Assembly: GCA_041662745.1 (NCBI GenBank)
Contig: JBAZRV010000007.1
Span: 2,028 to 34,027 of the forward strand
Reading direction: 5' to 3'
DNA length: 32,000 bases
From: Patescibacteria group bacterium
GTDB lineage: Bacteria; Patescibacteriota; Patescibacteriia; 2-01-FULL-39-33
Under the pieces are notes generated by a model. It made no database searches. It saw only the letters and a program-made list of their open reading frames with translations, and was not told the DNA's origin. Shown here one piece after another: positions 1 to 9,866 of the stretch. Within the stretch, counting starts at the first letter, position 1, and each line of letters starts with the position of its first letter. Both the position numbers and the translations under genes were made by a program.

Positions 1-348
1 AATCAGAAACACATAATCAACATCAGCATTCTTATCCAAAAACTCCGCTTGCTCCAGGGTGCGCGGAAAACCGTCCATGGCATAGCCCAAACGGCAATCA
101 TCTTGGTTGATTCTGTCAGCCACTAAACGATTAACCAGTTCCGTGGGCACCAATTGACCCTTATCCATATAACCCATAACTTCGGCGGCCAAAGGATTGG
201 CAGTGTCTGATTTAATGGCATGCAAAATAACCCCGGTAGAGATATGCGGAATATCAAAAGTCTTAGCGATTAATTCGGTTTGCGTCCCCTTGCCGGAAAC
301 CGGCGGACCTAACACAATCAATTCAAATGGCTTCTCATTCTTGTTCAT
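1..348 (-). CDS. adk: Adenylate kinase, N-terminal part (runs off the left edge)
   Basis: Manual minus-strand translation from ATG at 348: MNKNEKPFELIVLGPPVSGKGTQTELIAKTFDIPHISTGVILHAIKSDTANPLAAEVMGYMDKGQLVPTELVNRLVADRINQDDCRLGYAMDGFPRTLEQAE; P-loop GxxxxGKGT and DGFPRT motif; located after secY as usual. Confidence 0.95.
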   Translation of the reverse strand, partial: MNKNEKPFELIVLGPPVSGKGTQTELIAKTFDIPHISTGVILHAIKSDTANPLAAEVMGYMDKGQLVPTELVNRLVADRINQDDCRLGYAMDGFPRTLEQAEFLDKNADVDYVFLI

Positions 349-408
349 AATTGTCTTAAATTTAATTGTATTTATATTACTATCCTACCCTATTTATCAG
401 TGAAAAGC

Positions 409-435
409 AAAGACGCGACCTTATGCCGCGTCTTT
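409..435. terminator. 9-bp stem hairpin between secY and adk
   Basis: AAAGACGCG-accttatgc-CGCGTCTTT; T-rich tract follows only on the plus strand, so its role in the minus-strand operon is unclear. Confidence 0.4.
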
Positions 436-498
436 ATTTTATAATTAAATTATAATTGATATTTAACTATATGCCATTAGCTATAAACTATACGCCAT

Positions 499-1776
499 TT
501 ATATCTCTTCGTAATCCCTCATAGCCAATTGGGCGTTAATTTGGCTTACTATCTCAATAACCACGGAAACTACGATCAGCAATGAAGTGCCGCCAATAGC
601 CATATTTCTGGTACCGGTCAAGCCGGCAGTAACCATTGGCAGAACAGCGATAATACCTAAAAATAAGGCGCCGGTTAAAACAATCCGTGACACGATATTT
701 TGCAAGTATTCCGCCGTTGGCTTACCCGGCCTGGTGCCGGGAACAAAACCGCCCTGTTTCTGCAGATTCTCCGCCACCTGATCGGGATGAAAAACCACGG
801 CCGTGTAAAAATAAGTGAAGGCGACGACTAAAACGAAATAACTGATGCCGTAAAACCATTGGTTGCCAAATAGCATGATCACCCATTGGGCGGCATGAGC
901 AATGACTTCGGTTTTCGCTTGAGTAAACAATTGAGCCAGGGTCTGAGGCATAATGATCAAAGAGATGGCAAAAATAATGGGGATAACGCCGGCCATATTG
1001 ACACGCAAAGGCAAATGGCTGGAGGCGCCGCCCACGGTTCTACCGCCGCGCATTTGTCGGGCATACTGCACTGGAATGTTGCGTTGGCCCTCGGTAATAA
1101 TGACCACGCCGATAATCGTCACTAAAGCGATAACGGCGAAGACTGCGGTATTGATGATTTCCGCTTGAGTATAATTATTGACTGTTTGAGTAAAAACGCT
1201 GGGCAAACGGGAGACGATGCCGGCAAAAATCAATAACGATATGCCATTGCCTATTTTCTTTTCGGAAATAAGCTCGCCCAGCCACATAACAAAAATCGTA
1301 CCGGCGGTAATGGAGACTACGGCGACTAACATGTTCATCGGGGTGAAAGAAGCGAACAAAGCGGCTCCGCCGGCTTTGCGCAACAATTGGATCATGGCCA
1401 CGGACTGCACGATAGCCAAGGGCACGGTCAGCCAGCGCGTCCACATATTGATTTTATTGCGCCCATACTCCCCCTCCTTGGATAATTCCTCCAAAGAAGG
1501 CACCACCATGGTCAAGAGCTGAAAAATAATGGAAGAAGTAATATAAGGAGCAACGGACATCATGGCGATAGAAAAATTACTCATGCCGCCGCCGGAAAAG
1601 ATATTCATTAAGCCCAAAATCTGGTTATTGTCAAAAATCCGCTTCAAGCCGGTCGCGTCGATTCCCGGTATGGGAATGGTGGCGGCGATGCGAGAAACAA
1701 CCAAGATGCCCAACACGAATAAGATGCTGTTGCGTAAATCCTTGAGTTTCCAAATTTGGCTGAACTTTTCAAACAT
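499..1776 (-). CDS. secY: Protein translocase subunit SecY
   Basis: 425 aa, FEKFSQIWKLKDLRNSILF start, multiple TM segments, GNGISLLIFAGI motif; between rplO and adk. Confidence 0.98.
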   Translation of the reverse strand: MFEKFSQIWKLKDLRNSILFVLGILVVSRIAATIPIPGIDATGLKRIFDNNQILGLMNIFSGGGMSNFSIAMMSVAPYITSSIIFQLLTMVVPSLEELSKEGEYGRNKINMWTRWLTVPLAIVQSVAMIQLLRKAGGAALFASFTPMNMLVAVVSITAGTIFVMWLGELISEKKIGNGISLLIFAGIVSRLPSVFTQTVNNYTQAEIINTAVFAVIALVTIIGVVIITEGQRNIPVQYARQMRGGRTVGGASSHLPLRVNMAGVIPIIFAISLIIMPQTLAQLFTQAKTEVIAHAAQWVIMLFGNQWFYGISYFVLVVAFTYFYTAVVFHPDQVAENLQKQGGFVPGTRPGKPTAEYLQNIVSRIVLTGALFLGIIAVLPMVTAGLTGTRNMAIGGTSLLIVVSVVIEIVSQINAQLAMRDYEEI

Positions 1777-1841
1777 ATATTAGATTAGTTGAAAGTCTTT
1801 AAAGTCAAAAACAGTTTAATTGTTAACTTTAGGCTTTTAAC

Positions 1842-2276
1842 TTATTTTATTTCCACTTTGCCGCCGGCTTGCTCAATAACGGCTTTAGCTGAAGCGGAGC
1901 AAGCATCAACTACGACAGTCAATTTCTTAGTCAGTTTGCCTTCACCTAGAATTTTAACCTGTTTATGTCTTTTATCCAAGAGACCATGCTGAATAAGTTT
2001 TTTAATGTCCACAATAGCGCCGGCCTCAAAGCCTTCCAATTTGCCAACGCTAACGACGGCCAATTTAGGATAAATTGACCTGAAGCCTCGTAATTTTGGC
2101 GTGGACTGGACTAAACGTTTCAATCCCAGCGCTTTCAATCCGGAAACACCGCTTCTGGCTTTTTGGCCTTTAATGCCGCGTCCGGAAAAGGAACCGCGTT
2201 TGCCGCCGCGTCCGATCTCTTTGGCTTTTTTTCTAGACCCTTTGGCGGGTTTGATATTGGATAATGATAATGACAT
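1842..2276 (-). CDS. rplO: 50S ribosomal protein L15
   Basis: GRGGKRGSFSGRGIKGQKARSG motif; operon position. Confidence 0.97.
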   Translation of the reverse strand: MSLSLSNIKPAKGSRKKAKEIGRGGKRGSFSGRGIKGQKARSGVSGLKALGLKRLVQSTPKLRGFRSIYPKLAVVSVGKLEGFEAGAIVDIKKLIQHGLLDKRHKQVKILGEGKLTKKLTVVVDACSASAKAVIEQAGGKVEIK

Positions 2277-2340
2277 ACGTAATGATTTATAGCCTACGGC
2301 CCACGGCCCACGGCTTTATAATATTGCTAAACGATGGTAA

Positions 2341-2889
2341 TTAAGCAACAACCTGAGCTTCCGCCGGTTTTTCTTCTTTCTTTTCCTTCTTGCCGAATTT
2401 AGACTTTTTCAAAATTGATAAAGCTTTAATAGTGGCGCGAATGTTATTAATTTTATTGCCGGTGCCAAAAATCTTTGAAACGACGTTCTCAATGCCGGCC
2501 AATTCCAAAACAATACGAACGGCGCCGCCGGAGATAATACCGGTACCGGGAGGAGCGGGCTTAAGCATAACTTTGGCCGCGCCAACCTTGATGTTGACTT
2601 GATGGGTTATAGTTCCTTCGTGAATCGGCACCTTGATCATGTTTTTCTCGGCTTGGCGCACGGCTTTTTGCACGGCTTGCGGCACATCCTTGGCTTTGGC
2701 CAATCCCATGCCGACACGGCCCTTGCGATCGCCGATAACCACGCAAGCGCGAAAACTCAAACGCTTGCCCCCGGCCATGACACGGGTAACGCGGGCGATT
2801 TCTACGATCGTTTGATCAAACTCCGGCTTTTCGCGCGGAGGTCTTGGACCTTTTCTTCTAAAATCTTTTTTGTTGTTATCTTTTAACAT
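2341..2889 (-). CDS. rpsE: 30S ribosomal protein S5
   Basis: VTRVMAGGKRLSFRACVVIGDRKGRVGMGLAKAKDV; charged C-terminal tail. Confidence 0.98.
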   Translation of the reverse strand: MLKDNNKKDFRRKGPRPPREKPEFDQTIVEIARVTRVMAGGKRLSFRACVVIGDRKGRVGMGLAKAKDVPQAVQKAVRQAEKNMIKVPIHEGTITHQVNIKVGAAKVMLKPAPPGTGIISGGAVRIVLELAGIENVVSKIFGTGNKINNIRATIKALSILKKSKFGKKEKKEEKPAEAQVVA

Positions 2890-2891
2890 AT

Positions 2892-3245
2892 TTATATTTT
2901 TAATCCGCCTTCTCTGGCGCCTTCGGCTAAGGCCTTGACTCGGCCATGATACTTAAATTGACCGCGATCAAACACGGCGCAAGTGATCCCTTTTGCCTTG
3001 GCTTTTTCTGCCAAAAGTTTTCCTACTGCCTGAGATTTTTCAGTTTTGCCGCCTTTGGCCTTAATCTCCAAATCAGTAGCCGCTGCAATGGTTTTGCCGC
3101 TGGCATCATCGATCAGTTGAGCTTGGATATGGCTTAAACTGCGATAAACTGAAAGCCTGGGATAAGCGGCCGTACCGGAAATCTTAGCTCGCACTCGCTT
3201 GGCTCTTCTTTCGACTCTTAAATTGTTAGCTTTGACTTTATTCAT
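2892..3245 (-). CDS. rplR: 50S ribosomal protein L18 (start revised from 3395)
   Basis: [47 protein letters not shown]; the track ORF begins inside rplF, ATG at 3243-3245 gives a family-typical N-terminus. Confidence 0.95.
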   Translation of the reverse strand: MNKVKANNLRVERRAKRVRAKISGTAAYPRLSVYRSLSHIQAQLIDDASGKTIAAATDLEIKAKGGKTEKSQAVGKLLAEKAKAKGITCAVFDRGQFKYHGRVKALAEGAREGGLKI

Positions 3246-3255
3246 AATAATGCTG

Positions 3256-3801
3256 TTATTTCGCCTTAGCTGCCGCTTTGCCGGCCTTCTTGATGAATTG
3301 CTCGCCGACATATTTAATACCCTTGCCCTTGTAAGGCTCAACTTTCTTAATGCGGCGGATTTGCGCGGCCGTCTCACCGACCAATTGCTTATCAATGCCG
3401 GATATCGTCATAATATTGGCTTCAGTGGTAATGGCAATGCCTTCAGGAATAGCATACTCTACCGGATGGGAAAAACCGACATTCAAGACAACCTTCTTGC
3501 CGCTGGCGATAAATTTTTGTCCGACGCCGGAGATTTCCAATTGTTTGCTGTAACCCTCCGTAACTCCTTTAACCATATTGCGGATTAAACTGCCGAATAA
3601 GCCCCATAGAGCGCGCTGTGATTTAACCTCCTGGTTTTCAACGCTGACTATGACAGAGTTATCTTTAACTTCGGCGGAAACTAAAGGGTGCAGTTTTTCT
3701 TGCAAACTGCCTTTGGGGCCCTTGACCGTGACCAAGCCGTCAGAAACTTTGACTTCGACTCCGGCCGGAAAGCTGATAGGATTTTTTCCGATTCTAGACA
3801 T
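3256..3801 (-). CDS. rplF: 50S ribosomal protein L6
   Basis: [17 protein letters not shown] and [14 protein letters not shown] motifs. Confidence 0.98.
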   Translation of the reverse strand: MSRIGKNPISFPAGVEVKVSDGLVTVKGPKGSLQEKLHPLVSAEVKDNSVIVSVENQEVKSQRALWGLFGSLIRNMVKGVTEGYSKQLEISGVGQKFIASGKKVVLNVGFSHPVEYAIPEGIAITTEANIMTISGIDKQLVGETAAQIRRIKKVEPYKGKGIKYVGEQFIKKAGKAAAKAK

Positions 3802-3905
3802 ATGATTTTAGTATAGAGTTAAGGGCTTACAAAATTATTTTTATCGGATTATTTTACTGTTTCTTTAGATTTTAAATTTTATAAGCTCTTAGCGTTCAAT
3901 GATTT

Positions 3906-4307
3906 TTAGTAAACCTCGCACAAGACCTCTCCGCCCGATCCCGCCTTTTTGGCTTGACGATTAGTCATTAATCCCTGGGAAGTGGACAGAATAGCGATGC
4001 CGTAATTATTTATGACAACCGGCAAGTTATCCTTGTCAACGTAAACTCGGCGACCCGGCTTGGAAATGCGATTGATAGCGGTTATGGCCGGCTGGCCCCC
4101 TTCGTATTTTAAGGCAATATTAAGGCCGCCGAATTTATAACCTTCGGTGCCGGGCTGGATTTCCTCAAAATCAGAGATGAAGCCTTCGCGCTTTAAGATT
4201 TTGGCGATCTCCAACTTCATTTTGGAAAACGGTATGAAAACTTCGCCCTTTTTAATCCGAGAAGCATTCCGGATACGGGTTAGCATGTCTGCGATTGTAT
4301 CAGTCAT
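3906..4307 (-). CDS. rpsH: 30S ribosomal protein S8
   Basis: MTDTIADMLTRIRNASRIKKGEV and GIAILSTSQGLMTNRQAKKAGSGGEVLCEVY. Confidence 0.98.
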   Translation of the reverse strand: MTDTIADMLTRIRNASRIKKGEVFIPFSKMKLEIAKILKREGFISDFEEIQPGTEGYKFGGLNIALKYEGGQPAITAINRISKPGRRVYVDKDNLPVVINNYGIAILSTSQGLMTNRQAKKAGSGGEVLCEVY

Positions 4308-4319
4308 AGATATAGTTAT

Positions 4320-4505
4320 TTACCAAGAAGATTTAGTGATGCCAGGAATCTGGCCGCTGGTAGCGAGTTCGCGGAAACAAATGCGGCAGATTTTGAAGTC
4401 ACGAATATAACCGTGACGTCGGCCGCATCTCCAGCAACGGTTGACCTTTCGGGTGGAAAACTTCGGTTTCCTTTTAGATTTAGCAATTTGCGCTTCGGTA
4501 GCCAT
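4320..4505 (-). CDS. rpsN: 30S ribosomal protein S14, zinc-binding type
   Basis: 61 aa with [25 protein letters not shown] (two CxxC) and C-terminal [11 protein letters not shown]. Confidence 0.97.
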   Translation of the reverse strand: MATEAQIAKSKRKPKFSTRKVNRCWRCGRRHGYIRDFKICRICFRELATSGQIPGITKSSW

Positions 4506-4544
4506 AAAATATTTAAAATGAAATCTCTAGATTAGTAAAATTAA

Positions 4545-5093
4545 TTATTGTTTCTTTTGGAAGGGAAAGCCCAATAAACGGAATAATTCCCTGCCGGCCT
4601 TCTGCTCCCTGGCATTAGTGGTAACGGTAACCTGCAAGCCGTGGATGCGCTCAACTTCATCAGAACGAATTTCCGGGAAAACAATATGCTCCTTAAAGCC
4701 AACGGTTAAATTACCCTGCTTATCAACGTTCATTTCCGATATGCCGCGGAAATCACGGATGCGAGGCAAGGAAACATTGATCAGCTTGCCCAAAAAATCA
4801 TACATTCTTTGGCCGCGCAAAGTCACGACTACGCCGACCACCATGTCTTCACGAACCTTAAAGGCGGAAATGGCTTTTCTGGCTTTGGTGCGAACCGGTT
4901 TCTGACCGCTGATTCTAGTCAAGGTGTTTTCTACGGCGTCAAGAAATCCGCTATCGGTATTGCGGGAATTTATGCCGACATTCAACACCACTTTAGTGAC
5001 CTTCGGCACCGCCATAATGTTCTTGTAGCCGAATTCCTTTTGCAAAGCGGGTACGACCTCTTTTTTATATTTTTCCTGTAAACGTGATATCAT
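4545..5093 (-). CDS. rplE: 50S ribosomal protein L5
   Basis: NIMAVPKVTKVVLNVGIN, ITGQKPVRTKARKAISAFKVRE-type motif. Confidence 0.98.
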   Translation of the reverse strand: MISRLQEKYKKEVVPALQKEFGYKNIMAVPKVTKVVLNVGINSRNTDSGFLDAVENTLTRISGQKPVRTKARKAISAFKVREDMVVGVVVTLRGQRMYDFLGKLINVSLPRIRDFRGISEMNVDKQGNLTVGFKEHIVFPEIRSDEVERIHGLQVTVTTNAREQKAGRELFRLLGFPFQKKQ

Positions 5094-5095
5094 AT

Positions 5096-5401
5096 TTAAA
5101 TTGTTTCTTTACATTTTTTACAAAATCTAAACTTCTTATCTTCGACTAACTTATAACCGACTCTGGCGGCTTGGCCGCACTTAGGGCAAACCAAGGCGAC
5201 TTTAGCCATGGCCACGGCGGCAGGAAACTGTATTCTTTGGCCTTTTTCTCCAGAACGCTTGGGACGCTGGTGCTTAATCAACAAATTCAAACCTTCAACC
5301 ACGACCTTATTGTCTGCGGCCATTACTTGCAGGACCTTGCCGGTTTTACCCTTGTCTTTGCCTGCCAGCATTTTTATTTTATCTCCTGTTTTTATTTTCA
5401 T
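5096..5401 (-). CDS. rplX: 50S ribosomal protein L24
   Basis: KIKTGDKIKMLAGKDKGKTGKVLQV. Confidence 0.97.
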   Translation of the reverse strand: MKIKTGDKIKMLAGKDKGKTGKVLQVMAADNKVVVEGLNLLIKHQRPKRSGEKGQRIQFPAAVAMAKVALVCPKCGQAARVGYKLVEDKKFRFCKKCKETI

Positions 5402-5498
5402 AGTATTGTTAGTTAAAAGCCTGTAAAATCAAGTATCCGTAAGGGCGTAAAACTTTGAACTTATCTTCCGGCTTTACGGACTTTTGACTTTTAATTTT

Positions 5499-5867
5499 CT
5501 AAAGCACTTCCGGCGCTAAAGAAATTATTTTCTGATAACCAAGATTTCTCAGTTCCCTGGCGACCGGCCCGAAGATGCGGGTGCCGCGCATTTCTTTCTT
5601 GGCGTCAATTAAGACTACGGCGTTGTCATCAAAACGGATATAAGAACCGTCAGCGCGACGAATTTCTTTTTTAGTTCTGACTACAACTCCATGAACCACA
5701 TCGCCCTTTTTAACCGCGGAATGAGGGACGGCTTCCTTGACCGACATTGTGACAATATCGCCGATGCCGGCATAACGCTTCTTATAGCCTCCCCAGACGC
5801 GAAAAACAGCCAAGCGTTTGGCGCCGGTATTATCCGCTGATTTAACTATTGATCTTAACTGAATCAT
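5499..5867 (-). CDS. rplN: 50S ribosomal protein L14
   Basis: [27 protein letters not shown]. Confidence 0.98.
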   Translation of the reverse strand: MIQLRSIVKSADNTGAKRLAVFRVWGGYKKRYAGIGDIVTMSVKEAVPHSAVKKGDVVHGVVVRTKKEIRRADGSYIRFDDNAVVLIDAKKEMRGTRIFGPVARELRNLGYQKIISLAPEVL

Positions 5868-5960
5868 ATAATGGTTAACTTATGAATCCTCAAGTCAAAG
5901 GCTGGCAGTTTCTAATGTTTCTACGATCTTCAACTTTACGGACTTTATGACTTTTTACTA

Positions 5961-6200
5961 TTATTTGTAGATTACCCGCCATTTTTTGTCTTTGGACAAC
6001 GGGCGGCATTCGACAAACTCCACCACATCGCCCTCATGATACTGATTCTTTTCATCATGAACCTTGAATTTGCGGCTGACTTTGTAGCGCTTGCCGTACT
6101 TGGGGTGCATCTTAAAGGATTGGATCGCCACGACCAAAGTCTTGGCCATCTTATCCGACACCACCGTACCTTTAAATTTTCTCAAAATCTTCTCAGACAT
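5961..6200 (-). CDS. rpsQ: 30S ribosomal protein S17
   Basis: KFKGTVVSDKMAKTLVVAIQSFKMHPKYGKRYKVSRKFKVHDE. Confidence 0.97.
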   Translation of the reverse strand: MSEKILRKFKGTVVSDKMAKTLVVAIQSFKMHPKYGKRYKVSRKFKVHDEKNQYHEGDVVEFVECRPLSKDKKWRVIYK

Positions 6201-6216
6201 ATGTATAGGCTAATAA

Positions 6217-6405
6217 CTAATTATTTTTGGATGCTAAAGCGGTCAAAATCAAAGCGATATCCTTCTTCAAAACGCGAATCTCCCTCACGCTCTTCAACTG
6301 CCCTTGATGCACCTTGAATTTCAACTCATCCAGTTTCTTTTTGGCATCGCTAAGCAACGCTTTAAGCTCGGGGACTTCTTTTAGATTTAATTCCTTGATA
6401 TTCAT
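6217..6405 (-). CDS. rpmC: 50S ribosomal protein L29
   Basis: 62 aa, MNIKELNLKEVPELKALLSDAKKKLDELKFKVHQGQLKSVREIRVLKKDIALILT; between rpsQ and rplP. Confidence 0.93.
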   Translation of the reverse strand: MNIKELNLKEVPELKALLSDAKKKLDELKFKVHQGQLKSVREIRVLKKDIALILTALASKNN

Positions 6406-6406
6406 A

Positions 6407-6817
6407 TTATTGTTTCTTCACTACTTTTGCTTTAAGCGGCAATTTATAAGCGGCTAAAATTAAGGCTTGCCTCGCTTCAACTTCCGGAACGCCGTCAAGT
6501 TCAAAAATAATGTTTCCCGGACGGACTGCGGCGACATACTTCTCCGGGGCGCCCTTGCCGCCACCCATAGTGGTCTGGCTGCCCTTGGCGGTTATGGCGC
6601 TATGCGGAAAAACTCTGATCCAACTCTTGCCGCCACGGCGAATATACTTAGCCAAAACACGTCGCGCCGCTTCCAATTGTTGCGCTGACACCCAAGCGGC
6701 AGTCGTCGCTTTAAGTCCGAACGAACCGAAAGCTACGTAATTGCCGGAAGTGGCAATGCCGTCGGTGACATCGGGACGATGTTGTTTTCTATGGGCTAAT
6801 TTTTTAGGCATCAACAT
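6407..6817 (-). CDS. rplP: 50S ribosomal protein L16
   Basis: GNYVAFGSFGLKATTAAWVSAQQLEAARR, GGGKGAPEKYVAAVRPGNIIFEL; start MLMPKK or MPKK. Confidence 0.98.
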   Translation of the reverse strand: MLMPKKLAHRKQHRPDVTDGIATSGNYVAFGSFGLKATTAAWVSAQQLEAARRVLAKYIRRGGKSWIRVFPHSAITAKGSQTTMGGGKGAPEKYVAAVRPGNIIFELDGVPEVEARQALILAAYKLPLKAKVVKKQ

Positions 6818-6883
6818 ATATTGGTACTTATAGCTTATGGCTTATGGCAATGAATCATGATAAGCCGGTAAGGCAATTTAAAT

Positions 6884-7558
6884 TTATTCTTTATTTTTCT
6901 TATCGTTAAAAATATCTCCTTTATAAATCCACACTTTAATTCCGATAGTGCCGTAAATGGTCTGGGCAATGCCCCGGCAATAATCAATATCGGCGCGCAA
7001 GGTATGCAGGGGCACCTTGCCATACAAGAAGAGTTCGCGACGGGCAATTTCCGCTCCATCCAGGCGTCCGGTGATGATGACTTTAATGCCTTTGGCGCCG
7101 GCTTTTTCCGCCCGGCCCATCGCCTGCTTGACGACACGGCGGAACGGAATGCGTTTTTCAATATCGCCGGCCATGGACTGGATCAGGGAAGCGGAATCCA
7201 AATTAGGATCGCTCAACTCCAGAATATTGACATTGATATTTTTCAATCCCTTCTTGCGGCTGAAGTCGTCTTTAAGGAATTTATCCTTGATCTCTTTCTT
7301 CAAATCTTCGGCGCCGGAACCGCCGCGACCGATAATCAGACCAGGACGGGAGGCGTGGATATTCAAAACAATGGCATTGGGCGAGCGTTCTATTTCAACC
7401 TTAGAAATTCCTAAGTTGCGGAATTTTTTCATCACAAACCTGCGGATGCGCACATCCTGCTTCAAATACTCGGAAAAATCACTCTCCGTAAACCAACGCG
7501 ATTCCCAAGTTTTATTGATTTTTAGCCGTAAACCTTTGGCATTAACTTTTTGACCCAT
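6884..7558 (-). CDS. rpsC: 30S ribosomal protein S3
   Basis: MGQKVNAKGLRLKINKTWESRWF; KH motif RPGLIIGRGGSGAEDLKKEI. Confidence 0.98.
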   Translation of the reverse strand: MGQKVNAKGLRLKINKTWESRWFTESDFSEYLKQDVRIRRFVMKKFRNLGISKVEIERSPNAIVLNIHASRPGLIIGRGGSGAEDLKKEIKDKFLKDDFSRKKGLKNINVNILELSDPNLDSASLIQSMAGDIEKRIPFRRVVKQAMGRAEKAGAKGIKVIITGRLDGAEIARRELFLYGKVPLHTLRADIDYCRGIAQTIYGTIGIKVWIYKGDIFNDKKNKE

Positions 7559-7618
7559 AAATATTAGCTTATGGCTTATAGCATAGAGCTTATAGCCGAT
7601 AACTTTTTAATTCTTATT

Positions 7619-8140
7619 TTACTTACTGCCTGTTTTTCTATTTAAAATCTTAGAGGCGAAACCTTTATCGCTGGCCTTGGCCTTTTTGATCTCCTTTTGG
7701 CCTTCCTGTTTGCCGGCAATGTCTTTAAGCTCATCAAATTCTCCGGTGCCAACCTTGATTATATCAGAGGTGTCAGTCTTTTTCTCTTTTTTAACCTTGC
7801 CGGAAGCGACGATTTCCTCTAAAACCACTTTAATCTTAGATGATTCCTTGCGCAACGGGGTGGCGCGTCCAAAGGCTCGGGGTTGCCAACGTTTCAATAC
7901 CGGACCGGCATCAACAGTAATTGAGGCGATTTTCAAATTATCCGGCGTCAAATCATAATTCTCTTTAGCGTTAGCGATGGCGGATTTGAGCAATTTCAAT
8001 AAATCCTTGGCCGCCGCCTTCTGGCTAAAATTTAATTGCATCAAGGCTTTCTCTGCGGTCAAACCGTTAATCAGATTGGCTACCAACCTCACCTTGCGAT
8101 AACTTATCCTCAAATTGTTCATTTTAGCGATAACTTGCAT
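7619..8140 (-). CDS. rplV: 50S ribosomal protein L22 with C-terminal charged extension
   Basis: NNLRISYRKVRLVANLI...GRATPLRKESSKIKVVLEE; about 55 aa Lys/Asp/Glu-rich tail beyond the core. Confidence 0.96.
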   Translation of the reverse strand: MQVIAKMNNLRISYRKVRLVANLINGLTAEKALMQLNFSQKAAAKDLLKLLKSAIANAKENYDLTPDNLKIASITVDAGPVLKRWQPRAFGRATPLRKESSKIKVVLEEIVASGKVKKEKKTDTSDIIKVGTGEFDELKDIAGKQEGQKEIKKAKASDKGFASKILNRKTGSK

Positions 8141-8145
8141 ATAAT

Positions 8146-8436
8146 TTAAACTTTGGCTCCCTGTTCAATGGCTTTTTGGATTTTACCGCCATGACGGAAA
8201 AACTTCTTAGTCGGAGAAAATTCTCCCAGTTTGTGGCCGACCATATTTTCTACCACAAACACCGGCAAATGTTCTTTGCCATTATGCACGCCAAAAGTCA
8301 AACCAACCATTTCCGGAGTAATCGTGCTGCTTCTAGCCCAGGTTTTAATTACAACCTTAGCGCCTTTAGGGGTGCTCTGGACTTTCTTTAACAGTTTGGG
8401 ATCGACGTAAGGACCTTTTTTAAGGCTTCTAGACAT
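8146..8436 (-). CDS. rpsS: 30S ribosomal protein S19
   Basis: [43 protein letters not shown]. Confidence 0.98.
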   Translation of the reverse strand: MSRSLKKGPYVDPKLLKKVQSTPKGAKVVIKTWARSSTITPEMVGLTFGVHNGKEHLPVFVVENMVGHKLGEFSPTKKFFRHGGKIQKAIEQGAKV

Positions 8437-8500
8437 ATGTGTTAATAATCAATAATCAAGACACAATAATCAATTTTCATTTCTTGATTTATTCTTTAAT

Positions 8501-8565
8501 TATTGTATTTTATTTATTGTATCTTATTTAATCTTTTGGTTATTGTATCTTGGTTATTGTATCTT
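8501..8565. repeat. Imperfect intergenic repeat of TTATTGTATCTT units
   Basis: Copies near 8501-8510, 8514-8525, 8540-8551, 8554-8565, the last two spaced by 14 bp; the rpsS-side flank contains ATAATCA-type strings. Confidence 0.75.
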
Positions 8566-8570
8566 ATTCT

Positions 8571-9419
8571 TTATTTTTTCTTCTTTCTGGACGGACGGCG
8601 ATTCAAAATTAATTTACCGGACGCCTTATTTTTCTTTCTGGTTTTAACACCCAAAGCCGGCTTGCCCCAAGGGGTCTTAGGATGCTTTAATCCGATCGGA
8701 TTAACGCCTTCACCGCCGCCATGAGGATGATCAACTGGGTTCATAACCTTGCCCCTAACTGTCGGCTTGATGCCCCGATGACGCATTCGCCCAGCCTTGC
8801 CCCAGCGAATATTTTTGAAATCAGGATTAGACACCGTGCCAATAACCGCTAAAGCCGTTTCCGGCACCAAACGGACTTCTCCGGAAGGCATCTTAAGTTG
8901 GGCAAAACCGCGATCAAACCCCATCAAATTAACACCGGTACCGGCACCGCGGGCCAACTGACCGCCGCGGCCAGGCAAAATTTCTACGTTATAAACAACG
9001 ACACCGGCGGGAATATGCTTAAGAGGCATGGCATTGCCCGATTTATATTCAATCTTGTTTTGCGAACTCAAAACACTTTCACCAACTTGCAAATTCTGAG
9101 GCGCCACAATATAACGTTTCTCGCCATCAGCGTAAGCCAATAAAGCAATGCGGGCGTTTCGTCCCGGATCGTATTCAATCGTTTTAACGATAGCGGGCAC
9201 ATCAAACTTATCGCGACGATAATCAATGACGCGGATCTTCTTGTTGGCCCCGCCGCCCTGATGGCGTACGGTGATTTTTCCCTGAGAATTACGGCCGGCC
9301 ATGCGTTTAGCTGAAATCAATAAAGACTTTTCCGGCTTAGTGGCGGTAATGTCTTGGCGGGTCAAAATAGAAGTTTGCCGACGCCCGGGAGTTGTTGGTT
9401 TGTAAATCTTGATGGACAT
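8571..9419 (-). CDS. rplB: 50S ribosomal protein L2
   Basis: GRNSQGKITVRHQGGGANKKIRVIDYRR, MNPVDHPHGGGEG. Confidence 0.98.
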   Translation of the reverse strand: MSIKIYKPTTPGRRQTSILTRQDITATKPEKSLLISAKRMAGRNSQGKITVRHQGGGANKKIRVIDYRRDKFDVPAIVKTIEYDPGRNARIALLAYADGEKRYIVAPQNLQVGESVLSSQNKIEYKSGNAMPLKHIPAGVVVYNVEILPGRGGQLARGAGTGVNLMGFDRGFAQLKMPSGEVRLVPETALAVIGTVSNPDFKNIRWGKAGRMRHRGIKPTVRGKVMNPVDHPHGGGEGVNPIGLKHPKTPWGKPALGVKTRKKNKASGKLILNRRPSRKKKK

Positions 9420-9424
9420 ATCTG

Positions 9425-9862
9425 TTATTTAATACCTTCGTAAACATTAATCGACTTGCCTTTGGGTAGGGTGATGATGGCTTTTTTCCAATTTTTACGT
9501 TTGCCAAACCGTTGGCCGAAACGGACAAACTTGCCGCGCACGTTTGAAACATTGACACTCAGCGGCTTCAAACCGTAACGGCTTTCTACCGCCTTCTTAA
9601 TTTCATTCTTAGTCGTCTTGGCATCAACCGCAAAAACATATTGATTGCTGGCTTCTCCGGAAGCGGTCTTTTCTGTCAATAAGGGAGCAATCAAAACACC
9701 GTAAACCGAGGCCTTGGCACTGTTTTTTTCAGTGCCGGTCTTAGCGATCTTTACCGTTTTGCCGGTCTTAGCGGTCCTGGCCTCGTCTTTGGCCTCAACA
9801 ACTTTTTCTACAGCGACCTTCGGCTCTTCTTCTTTGGTTGTTTTTTTATTAAATAAACCCAT
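9425..9862 (-). CDS. rplW: 50S ribosomal protein L23 with N-terminal low-complexity extension (start revised from 10024)
   Basis: MGLFNKKTTKEEEPKVAVEKVVE... then L23 core LIAPLLTEKTASGEASNQYVFAVDAKTTKNEIKKAVESRYG; upstream codons of the track ORF overlap rplD. Confidence 0.94.
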   Translation of the reverse strand: MGLFNKKTTKEEEPKVAVEKVVEAKDEARTAKTGKTVKIAKTGTEKNSAKASVYGVLIAPLLTEKTASGEASNQYVFAVDAKTTKNEIKKAVESRYGLKPLSVNVSNVRGKFVRFGQRFGKRKNWKKAIITLPKGKSINVYEGIK

Positions 9863-9866
9863 ATAC

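Noticed and set aside
3246-3395. N-terminal 50 codons of the track rplR ORF
   Set aside because: Overlaps rplF; ATG at 3245 gives the standard L18 N-terminus
7004-7553. Plus-strand ORFs of 136 and 178 aa antisense to rpsC
   Set aside because: Shadow ORFs of a conserved ribosomal gene; no independent signals
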